A stretch of 64,000 nucleotides of DNA from Octopus bimaculoides. Lineage: Eukaryota. The notes beneath the pieces were generated by a model that saw nothing but the letters and a program-made list of their open reading frames with translations, made no database searches and was not told the origin of the DNA. The stretch is taken from assembly GCF_001194135.2 (NCBI RefSeq), contig NC_068983.1, forward strand, positions 93,702,021 to 93,766,020, given 5' to 3'. Below are positions 12,403 to 21,900 of this stretch, one piece after another. How positions within the stretch are numbered: position 1 is the first letter of the stretch; each line of letters begins with the position of its first letter. A program made the position numbers and the translations under genes.

Positions 12403-12835
12403 AACAATAATCCTTGGATGGAATTTATTTTAATGCATTACTATGTGAATTTCCACAAATCACGTCTCTTAAGATTACAGTCCATATTCTTGGGATGGTT
12501 ACAGTGTAGTCCATAGTATCTGTTAGCATTAGGTAGATCATCTTCATGGATTCATTTCTTCAGGCGATATTGAATTAATGGATGTTTAACTGAAGGTTAT
12601 ATTGGCACAGCCCCGCCCCAAAACTAGTTCACCCATCAGCATCATTAGACTGTAGTTGGCATAATGGAACAGGAGATTTATTTGCATATCCACAACGTTT
12701 CTCATAAACAAATTTAAAAGATGTGTTTGTATGTATCTATATGTACACCTATATACATATATTCACACACACATTATCTACATACATACTTACATGCATA
12801 CATACATACCTGCACATCAATTTAATGCACGATTA

Positions 12836-13172
12836 CAAAGAGCTATTAATAGTTAGTTTCATGCTTTTACGATACTTTAAATTTGCAGACTTATAAACAC
12901 ACCATTTATCTGCAAGCAATCTTTCGGGTTCTGTTCATGCATTAGATTTATTTTAAAATAATCGAGTTTTATTCATCTTGTATTGATTAATTGTAAGAGT
13001 AGGTTGAAAGTAATTTGAGGTTTGTTACTCAAAGAGTGAACATGTGAACTTATTCTAAAATAAATCTAACACATTAACAGAGCCTGAAAGATTGCTTGGA
13101 GATACATGGCATGTTTAATAAATCTGTCAATTTATAATATCATAAAAGCATGAAACTATTAGTAGCTCATTC
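12836..13172. repeat. Fold-back element: about 125-bp diverged inverted arms, each carrying a hammerhead-like motif, around a 90-bp spacer
   Basis: 12931-12960 CTGTTCATGCATTAGATTTATTTTAAAATA matches the reverse complement of 13051-13080; GAGC..TTTCATGCT (12840-12865) mirrors AGCATGAAA..GCTC (13147-13168). Confidence 0.7.
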
Positions 13173-14292
13173 ATGGTAGTGTATTAAATTGATATTTATC
13201 TCTCACTGATTGGAGTACTTTTTTTATGTTGATTGTACCTGTGTGTGTGTGTGTGTGTGTGTATTATAATAATAAAATCAATAATATTAATACATTTAGT
13301 TTTGTTTGCTTCTGTACGTACCTGTGGTGTGTGTCACACTTACTTCAAAGGAAGAGGTAAAAAGGTTGAAGGGAGAGGTACAAAGAAAAAGAGAAATAAA
13401 AGGTATTAAGCGGGAGAGAGGGGAGGGGCAGAAGCAGAGGAAGTATAGTTGAAGTGAGATGCTAAGTGAGAAAAAAGAGAAAGTAAGAGGGAGTGAAAGA
13501 GAAAGAGTGGAAGATTGATAGCGCTAAGAGGTAAGAAAAATATAACACATTAAACGCAAGAAATGACAGTTAGAGGCAAGGAGAGAGAGGAGGGAAAGGG
13601 GAGGGAGGAGGACAGGGAGAGAGAGATTTAGAGAGATAGATTGAATGAAGGAAGGGAGTGGATAGAGAATAATAGTGAAAACACTTGAAATCTTTCCGTT
13701 TTCAATGTTATGCGCTGGGGTTGATGTAATCGACTTAATCCCTCTGTCTGTCCTTGTTTGTCCCCTCTATGTTTAGCTGCTTGTGGGCAATAAAGAAATA
13801 AGAATAAGTACTAGGCATACAAAAATAAGCCCTGGGATTGATTTCTTTAACTAACCCCCTTTAAGGCAGTACTCCAGCATGGCTTCAGTCAAATGACTGA
13901 AACAAGTAAATATAATAAAAAAAAAAGAGAAAATGAATACTCCAATGGCAACTAGAATAACTTTAACTTTTACTGTTTGTCACCCCCACATTCTTGATAT
14001 TTTTACTTTTAAATATTTATATATTAATGTACAGCTACCTTTATTCAATCATTTATTTATGTGTCTGTATTCAAAAACATCTATGACTGAAATTTTATTT
14101 CTGTTTATATTGATATATGAATAGGCGTAGGTGTGGCAAAAAGCTTGCTTCCCAACCACATGTTTCTGGGTTCAGTTCCACTTCTTGGCACCTTGGGCAA
14201 GTGTCTTCTACTACAGTTTCAGGCAGACCAAGGCCTTGTGAGTGGATTTGATAGACAGAAACTGAAAGAACCCATCGTGTGTATATATACAT

Positions 14293-14388
14293 AGTTTGAA
14301 TTTTTTGACTACAGATGGTCGAACGTCTGTTGTAGTAAGCCAAACGACTGGTTTCGACAGCAATTCTCTTGAACAAATCATTAACAAA
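14293..14388 (-). pseudogene. H2B: Histone H2B fragment (C-terminal part of the histone fold)
   Basis: [32 protein letters not shown] versus canonical [32 protein letters not shown] (23/32 identical by hand); stops before AVRLLLPGEL. Confidence 0.9.
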
Positions 14389-14480
14389 GGTTCCCCAGGC
14401 CTAGATAATCTTCTCACTAGCCATAAATAGTCAGTTGCCTGAGATCAGCTAAGCTTTCGTCTAGTTTGCAGTGATCGTGG

Positions 14481-14667
14481 ATGACGTCAGACAGCGAAGA
14501 TATCAAGAAACCTGTCAAGCCAAATTTAGTCAGATCAAAAAGCAAGAAAGTAAAGCTATTCCAACTACATCTATAAGGTTATGAAACTGGTCCATCCTAA
14601 TACTGGAATATTCAACAAAGCCATTGTCATAATGAACAGCTTCATTAACGATTTGTTCGAGAGAATA
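14481..14667 (+). pseudogene. H2B: Histone H2B fragment (N-terminal tail plus first half of the histone fold), disabled
   Basis: 14554-14667 [38 protein letters not shown] versus canonical [38 protein letters not shown] (28/38). TAA at 14551-14553 where Glu is expected; ATG 14481 is out of frame by 1 nt; ends in (TA)n. Confidence 0.9.
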
Positions 14668-16589
14668 TATATATATGTATCTGTGAGTGTGTGTCTTTGT
14701 GTTTGTTCCTCTATCACCACTTGACAAAAGGTGTTGGTGTGTTTACATCCCCAGCAAAGGAGATCGATGGAATTAGTACTTGATTAAAAAAAAAAATAAG
14801 GTCTGAGGTTGGTTTGTTCAAGTAAAACCCTTCAGTCAAATGACTGAAACAAGTAAAAGGAGTAAAAGAATAGAAGAACATATATTCATATGTATATGTG
14901 TGTATGTGTTCATGTGTACATATGTATATATATTTATATACAGAAATGCATATGCAAACATATGTACATATATGTATGGGTGTGTATGTGTTTTTTGTAT
15001 GTGTGTGTGCACTTTATGCTTTTATTTAGATATATAATATTTATATATATTTATATGTATATATATATCTATATCTATATATATATACACACACACATAT
15101 ATATATATATAAATGTGTGCATATATTTTCTTTTTCTTTTCTGTTTACCTTATTTGTTATTTTAGCTTATTTATTTAAATATTCATGTATTGAACTACTT
15201 AACAGGTGAACTACTTGAAAAATTATGCACTACTCACATGAGCACAATGTTTTCTAATTTTTTCTAGAACAATCCCAAGATAATTATATTTACCATTTCA
15301 GTTGGTCTTTATAGATGTAATCCCCCCTAATTTGAAACCAGTTTGGTTAATGATTTTGGCCCTTTGAGTCACTTGGAAACTTCTGTAAGACACACACATA
15401 CATTTGTGTGTATCTGTGTGTGTGTGTGTGTAGTCTAGTGGTTTGGGAGTTACACTCACAGTTGCTAGATCATGGATTTGATTTCCGGATGGAGCAGCAT
15501 GTTGTTTTCTTGAGCAAAACACTTCATCTTCCATTGTTCTGCAATCATTTCAACATCTGACACATGGCATACTTGTGCATCTGGACAGACAATGTTGATT
15601 TGATGGAGGGTGTGAGCTAATGTACAGCACATACAATTTAATCACTATAAACAAATCTTTTGTGCAGGTTCGGTGGGAGAGTCATATATATATATATATA
15701 TGTATGTTTTATTTTCCTGTTTGTATCACCAAACCTGTACTTTTTAATCATGATATATTTAGATCTTTTCTGTGTCTTTGTCTGCAAAGTTTTTGTTTGA
15801 AAGTACTGCAGCATCTATTATGATGTATTCTACTTTTTAATGTCATGTATAATGATATCTGGTCTGCAGTGCTCAGCTGTTTTGTTGTCTGGATGTCAGA
15901 ATCCAACAGAACAATTAAATACTGCATTTTTGGCTCACCAGTTTCATTATGAACTTTTTTCTGGTACATGTACCACTTGTCTGCTGTGTTGTATCCATAT
16001 TTTTTTACAAAGCAACAAGAATAAATTATCATCATCATCGATATTATCATTATCATCGTCGTCATCATTATTTACTGCCCTGAACAAAATACTGAGTGGT
16101 ATTTCTTCTGACTTCACATTCTGAGTTCAGATTCCACCTGGGTCAATTTTGCTTTTCATCCTTTCAGAGTTACGTAGATAAGTGCCAGTGAAACACTGGT
16201 ATCAATGTAATTGATTAGCATTTTCCACCAGAATTTTCAGGCTTTGTACCTGTAATAATATATTTACTGTTTTGGATGAAATGCAACTAAGCATTTTGTC
16301 CAAAAAGTAAATATATGATTATTTGCATGTTTTGAGTTCAAATTTGAACAGAGTCAGCTTTGCCTTTCATCCTTTTGGGGTCAATTAAATAAGTACCAGT
16401 TGAGCACTGGGTGAGGGGTCGATGTAATCAACTAACCTCTTACAGTTTCTTGCAGCAGTAAGCTCCACTCATCAAACTTCTTGCTATTGTGTAAACAATA
16501 ATCTTTGAACACCCGAGTCACTACAAACATGTTTTGCTTAAAAAAAAGAAAAAAACTCCTTTCAGTTCAAATAAACATAAAATGCACAT

Positions 16590-16835
16590 GCAGCCACATG
16601 ATTTCTGGTTCAGTCCCGCCGCGTAGCACCTTGGGCAAGTGTCTTCTACTATAGCCTCAGGCTGACCAAAGCCTTTTGAGTGGATTTGGTAGACGGAAAG
16701 TGAAAGAAGCCTTTCATGCATGTGTGTATGTGTTTGTGTGTGTATTTGTGTATTTGTCTTTGTATCTGAGTTTGTCCCCTACTGTCACTTGACAACTGGT
16801 GTGGGTGTATTTATGTCTCTGTAACTTAGCAGTTT
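16590..16835 (+). mobile_element. CORE-like SINE, 3'-truncated next to the Gypsy fragment
   Basis: CAGCCACATGATTTCTGGTTCAGTCCCGCCGCGTAGCACCTTGGGCAAGTGTCTTCTACTATAGCC..GACGGAAAGTGAAAGAAGCC..GTAACTTAGCAGTT. Confidence 0.75.
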
Positions 16836-16892
16836 AAATATGCTTCTTTTACTGTCTAAACTGACAATCTCTTCTCTGCAATGTATATTCAG

Positions 16893-17478
16893 TCATAGTT
16901 TTATCTTTAATTGACAAGACTTGCCAAGAATATCATTGTTAGACAAAGGAGAGGACTGCTGTGCAGCATCCGAGGAGGTCTCAGTACACGGACAAACAGC
17001 GCGAGAAGGGTTTCCCGAGAATTCAAGAACTTTATCGGCCATTGTGGCCACTTGGTCCACAGTGTTGGACTCAAATGCCGTCGCTAGAATTGTTTGTACG
17101 TGCGACGGTAGGCGAGAGAAAAAAAATCTTGCGGAGAAGTGGAGCATCTTTTGACTCTCCGCTCAGATCTCGCAAATGGCGCAGAAATTCTGTGGGGGTC
17201 CTGTCACCGAGCTGCTCGTCTGCCATCAACTCAGTAAATCGGCTGGTGGCAGACCTGGTGGTCCGACGTAGGATCTCGTTCTTCACCTCGTCATATGTGG
17301 CGTCGTCTTTGGGAGATGTAATTAGGTCTCTAGCCGCTTTTGCAAGCGATGGAGGCAGATTGCAATAAAGCAACTTTAATCTCTTGGACGGCGAGATGTC
17401 GTAGACCTGGAAATAGGCCTCCAATTGAGCGAAATAGACATCGGTATCACCGATGAATGTGGGTAAACCATGCGACAT
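16893..17478 (-). pseudogene. Ty3/Gypsy gag with one frameshift
   Basis: MSHGLPTFIGDTDVYFAQLEAYF..YDEVKNEILRRT..LMADEQLGDRTPTEFLRHLRDL..LLRKIFF / SRLPSHVQTILA..VDQVATMADKVLEF matches the Gypsy gag pattern WFAQVEAQF..LGDRKPSQLLRRM..FLQRLP..LADK. Frameshift in the A8 run at 17119-17126 (A7 restores the frame). Confidence 0.9.
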
Positions 17479-17742
17479 GTCTACTGGGATGACTCCGTCA
17501 AGGTAGGAAAAGGGAATGGAAAGAAACAATGAAAACGAAGTCGTAGAAATATACGAGAGGTCAAAAAGAAAAGACAATATTTTTCGTGTTCTTGTTTTTG
17601 TGTTTTGTAAGTTAGTGTGCACAAAAGAGAGAGAGAAAAAAAAAAATTTGTAAAAACAATTTTGTTTTGTTTGCTTTTTTTTTTTTCTTCGTGAGGGGTG
17701 TTGCTTTGTACTGTCTAGAAAAAAATATTGTTGACCAACCTT

Positions 17743-18071
17743 ACGTCGTTGCTGCAAGGAAAAAAACAGGCAAAACAAAAAGGTTTTTTTTATGTATGTG
17801 TGTAATATTTTTTTTCTTTTTTTGTAAGACAATAGATGGAAGCAACGTTGTTTGTTTTGTTTTTTTTTCGTTTCAAACCACGTGGAGTCAGACAGAAAGA
17901 GAAATCACTGTTCGCTTTTTTGTTCTTTCACCAGNNNNNNNNNNACGTCGTTGCTGCAAGGAAAAAAACAGGCAAAACAAAAAGGTTTTTTTTATGTATG
18001 TGTGTAATATTTTTTTTCTTTTTTTGTAAGACAATAGATGGAAGCAACGTTGTTTGTTTTGTTTTTTTTTC
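17743..18071. repeat. 127-bp direct duplication (17743-17869 = 17945-18071) across a 10-N gap in the Gypsy leader
   Basis: Same ACGTCGTTGCTGCAAGG..GTTTTTTTTTC block, offset 202 bp. Confidence 0.85.
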
Positions 18072-18072
18072 T

Positions 18073-18093
18073 GAATCACGTCGGGAGTCACCA
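18073..18093 (-). other. Primer-binding site complementary to the tRNA-Trp 3' end
   Basis: Minus TGGTGACTCCCGACGTGATTC; the + strand GAATCACGTCGGGAGTCACCA equals the eukaryotic tRNA-Trp 3' end GAATCACGTCGGGGTCACCA plus one extra base; lies 2 nt after the LTR end. Confidence 0.85.
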
Positions 18094-18095
18094 GT

Positions 18096-18475
18096 TATAA
18101 GAATTGGATGAGATATGATGGCTTGGCCATCTCTCCCCAGTTCTCATATTAATCATTAAATTCAGAAATACAACACGAGGGATAACGGTAACAACAGATC
18201 AATAATTTATTCCTGGTTGGCGTAGAGCCGTTTCGTTCCTGGGTGAACAGGCATGCCGCTAGAATACCAAAGGAAGCTTCGACCGCATGTCGGTGCCGAG
18301 TTGTCAGAGAGTTTGAAAGAACGTCTTGTTACGACGCCGGCTGGATGAAAAAGAGCGGGAACGCTGTTGCTTTTTTCTCCACCTGTTGCATTGCGCATGC
18401 GTGCTCGGGTACTTCCGCTGACGGCAAATTCCTTGCACATGTGCAATGGCACTTCCCAAGATGGCGGCCACTACA
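18096..18475 (-). mobile_element. Ty3/Gypsy LTR (5'-LTR position), about 380 bp
   Basis: Starts TGTAGTGG (18475), ends ..CTTATA (imperfect inverse of TGTAG), has AATAAA at 18206-18211 on the minus strand, and is followed by the PBS. Confidence 0.7.
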
Positions 18476-18720
18476 ACTTTAAAAGGTCCAGTGTATTTAT
18501 ATTTCAGTGAATTATGAGTAGCATCGTTATGTACGAAAACAGTCCAAGAATTAATATCAGAGGGAATGAAACTTTTAACATTCTGTAATTTTCTCGCAAA
18601 AGCAGGAATATCAGTAAGAAATCTTTGAAGACGAGTTACATAATCATTAACATCTCCATCAAAAGAATTGTTTTCTTCAAACATTTGACCAGTTAATGTT
18701 GTTCCGGTGGAGACGGACTA
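18476..18720 (-). pseudogene. Ty3/Gypsy integrase C-terminal fragment
   Basis: GTTLTGQMFEENNSFDGDVNDYVTRLQRFL..SFIPSDINSWTVFVHNDATHNSLKYKYTGPFKV matches the IN tail YGTTLRLPGEFF..DYV..FIPKDL..HVFVRHD..LQPPYDGPFKV (GPY/F motif). Confidence 0.8.
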
Positions 18721-18854
18721 TATGTAATCTGAACCCCCCCCCCTTATTTATTGTTTTTTTTTTTTTACGGAATCCCACGTTTTAGGCTATAGAGATTCCG
18801 ATTCTGAAAAAAAATTTTCAAAAATCTCAATTTCAAAATTTCAAGGTGATAACG

Positions 18855-18985
18855 TTAGGAATAGCATCCAGCTGTAGAAACCATCAGACTAGAGTCTGTA
18901 ATAGCCCCCACCAGTTTGTTAGCTCTGATCACACTGTCCAACCCATGCCAGTATGGACAACAGAGGTTAAATGATGATGATGATG
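18855..18985 (+). mobile_element. RTE-type 3' tail fragment
   Basis: TTAGGAATAGCATCCAGCTGTAGAAA..GTCCAACCCATGCCAGTATGGACAACAGAGGTTAAAT(GAT)n. Confidence 0.7.
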
Positions 18986-18989
18986 TAAG

Positions 18990-19700
18990 GCGATGAACTG
19001 GCAGAACCATTAGCTTGCTGTGCAAAATGCTTAGCAGCATTTCATCCATCTCTGCTGAGGTCAACTTTGCCTTTCATCTTTTTCGGGTCACTAAAATAAG
19101 TACCAGTTGAGCACTGCAGTCAATTTAATCAACCCCTTCCCAGGAACTGCTGGCCTTGTGCCAAAATCTGAAATTAATGTTAATGAAGACTGTAAAGGTG
19201 GCAAGCTGGGAGAATCATTAGCATGCCAGGTTAAATGCTTAATGGCATTTTGTTTGTCTTCACTTCCTGCATTCAAATTCTACTGAGGTTGACTTTGCCT
19301 TTACATCCTTTCAGAGTCAATAAAATAAGTACCAGTTGAGTGCTGGGGTCAATGTAATCAACTTACTCCTCTCCTGAAATTCCTGATCCTCTGCCAAAAT
19401 TTGAAGCTAGTATTAATGATGATGGTAAGGTAGTGAACTGGCAGAATCATTTGCATCACTAGTGTAGCTAGGGGTAGGAGCAGTCTGCCCTGGATGGCAC
19501 TTTTAAGCTATTACTGTAGGCAATATGTGTTTTTTGTGGGGTCTGGGGGCAGCAAATGGAAGGGCCACCCCAGGTAGCACACACTCTAGCTATGCTAGTA
19601 GTTAGCACACTGGGCATTTTGTCTATCTTCATGTTAGGAGTTCAAATTCTGCTGAGGTCCTCTTTGCCTTTCATCCATTCAGGGTTGATAAACTAAGTAC
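18990..19700 (+). mobile_element. Three head-to-tail copies of the 220-bp SINE, the third interrupted by a MITE
   Basis: Heads AAGG(C/T)G..GA(A/G)CTGG(C/G)AGAA(C/T)CATT at about 18987, 19195 and 19426, each followed by the GAGGT(C/T)(A/G)ACTTTGCCTTT core. Confidence 0.75.
19458..19599. mobile_element. 142-bp MITE nested in a SINE
   Basis: 14-bp TIRs ACTAGTGTAGCTAG (19458-19471) and CTAGCTATGCTAGT (19586-19599); the two mismatches are consistent with CpG decay. The SINE resumes afterwards. Confidence 0.65.
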
Positions 19701-21865
19701 ACTATGCAATGAAACTTAATGCATGCCCTAAATATATATCGTTGACATTCTTTGAAAGGAATCTATGGTAGCTGTGTTAACATTCGATCCACTTAAGTAG
19801 ATGTAAAGCTTTCAAAACTGTGTAAGTATCTGTTTGTCTGCATATGTATATGTAAACATATACATACATGTTTTGTGTCTGTATGCATGTGTAAACATAC
19901 ATTTACTGATAGATGCACATTTATTCTTACAAATAATCATGTGTGTTCTTGCACATATGAATAAGTTAGAGGCTATGTGAGTAAACACACAGATATGTTG
20001 TGCATGTGTGCGTGTGTGTCTGTTTGGTAAACTCATAAATATTAATAAGAAACTTCATTGCCATGACAGTCAATCTCAAAAGACAAAATAGAATTTAGCA
20101 TTAAAGATATTCAAATTATATATATATATAATCAAATATCTCTAAATAAGATAAAATATATTAAATTGAAAATTTTCAATTATTTAATAATGAATCTCTT
20201 TTTATGGTTGCTTGCCTGGATTAGTTTTGGACTTGATTACAGAATGCTAATGACAGGAGTCAAATATTCAAATATGCTAAGATGATGTGAAAGAAGTTTT
20301 AAAACCTTAAATATCCCTAATGTTCTGATATTAATTGACATGAGATGATGCCTGCTTCAAGGTAAACATCAAGGAATAATTGAAAAGTGAAGCCCCAGGG
20401 CTGTGGTGATCTTTCCACTTTGAAGTCCAATCAAGAAGTCAGAAGTGGTAGGCTGATGAAGCAATCAGTAATTCAGAAAAACTCTTGAGAACAAGGAAAA
20501 TTAAGATAGCAATGAAGAAGAGTTAGAGAAAGTTGGATACTTTGCCTTGGGTGACAAATATCATTAAACTGATTATTAAATAAGGATTAAAAGAAAGTGA
20601 TAAGGGTGAGGAAAATTCATGGTATACTTAACCACCTTGCTATTGGTATTCAGTGTCTGAAATGGTCAGCTGTAATTTAGACTGATTCGCTGCACTATAA
20701 TTAACTATGCTCATGTATAGCTAATGACAGGGCAGAACCAATCATTGGTATTGATCAAGAGAAACTGAAAGAATTGATTAAGTGTCAGTATATACCTGGT
20801 TTAAATTCAGTTTAGTTGTTTGGTGTTTCCCATGCTCATCATCTTAGCATTGATCATCATCGTTTTGATGCTTTCTGTGAAAAATGTATCTAGTCACAGT
20901 GAAAATATTAGCTTGCTTGGAAACAGGGGAGGTTTGGTGACATGAAGGGCACCCAACTGTAGAAAATCTCCCTTAACAAATTCCTTCTGCAAGTATAGTA
21001 AAGTGGATGTTAAATGAGGATGATGATGATTATAAAGACCTTATTGATTAGGACAGGTGTTGCACCTAAGGTAAGCACACTTAAAAAAAAAATTGTGTAT
21101 GGCTATGTCAGAGAGCTTCTAACAGGGATGTTGCAGAGATTCTTGTCTCTTATAAAAGAATAGGTAAGTTCTCCAGGAAGATTAGAGTGCTTATAGAGTA
21201 AGAGATTGTAGATGAATTGGCTTTGCAAAGCTAAGATAGCTAGTTGGAAGTTGAAGGAGGGTTAGGGTTTGAATGAATGAATATGATGATGATGATGATG
21301 GTGATGGTAGGGGAGAGATTTGATAATAATGGTTGTTGTTGTTGTTGTTGCTACTGCTGCTGCTGTTGTTGTCTGACTTGACTCAGGACTGGTTTTATTT
21401 CTTGTAGAATTTATGTTGGTAGTGGAATACTACCTGTGACCTTAAATATCCACATGACTTAATAAACCTTCAAGTGCTCAAAACCCTTCTGATGACCTTG
21501 GGCAGCCTAGAGCAGTTATTTTCTTCTCTAAGTCATTTTGGGATTTATTTCTAAAACTGACCATGTTAAGTACAATTTCCTTCTTTACATTTCATTGCTT
21601 ATTTTAAATTATAAGCAATATTTTTACCTTAAATTAAATAAATTACATTCCTATGAAACAGTTAGTAGACATACAAACACTATATCTTAGTGGAATATAG
21701 AATGTGGAATGATTTATGTTGTTATTCATCATTGCAAGACCTTACAAAAGAAAAACCTAAATATGAACTCAAACAAGGCATACACTTTATGAATTTTTAT
21801 TTGGAAGTATTTGGTCTTCTATTATTTTTCATAACAAAATGACATTAAATGAAACTATATTAAGG

Positions 21866-21900
<35 letters not shown>

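Larger units (their letters stand above)
14121..14870 (+). mobile_element. CORE-like SINE split by an H2B-derived insert
   Basis: 5' half 14121-14290 (GTGTGGCAAAAAGCTTGCTTCCCAACCAC..CACCTTGGGCAAGTGTCTTCTACTA..GAAACTGAAAGAACCC) and 3' half 14668-14870 (TGTGTCTTTGTGTTTGTTCC..CACTTGACAA..CAGTCAAATGACTGAAACAAGTAAAAG). Confidence 0.75.

Noticed and set aside
15301-15370. PVWLMILAL peptide resembling TMEM245 PVWIILL
   Set aside because: In-frame stop immediately after and no donor site; chance similarity.
20400-20620. Possible RT fragment (LEKVGYF..LGD), with similar faint traces at 32340-32700 and 47100-47400
   Set aside because: Too degraded to assign boundaries or family with confidence.
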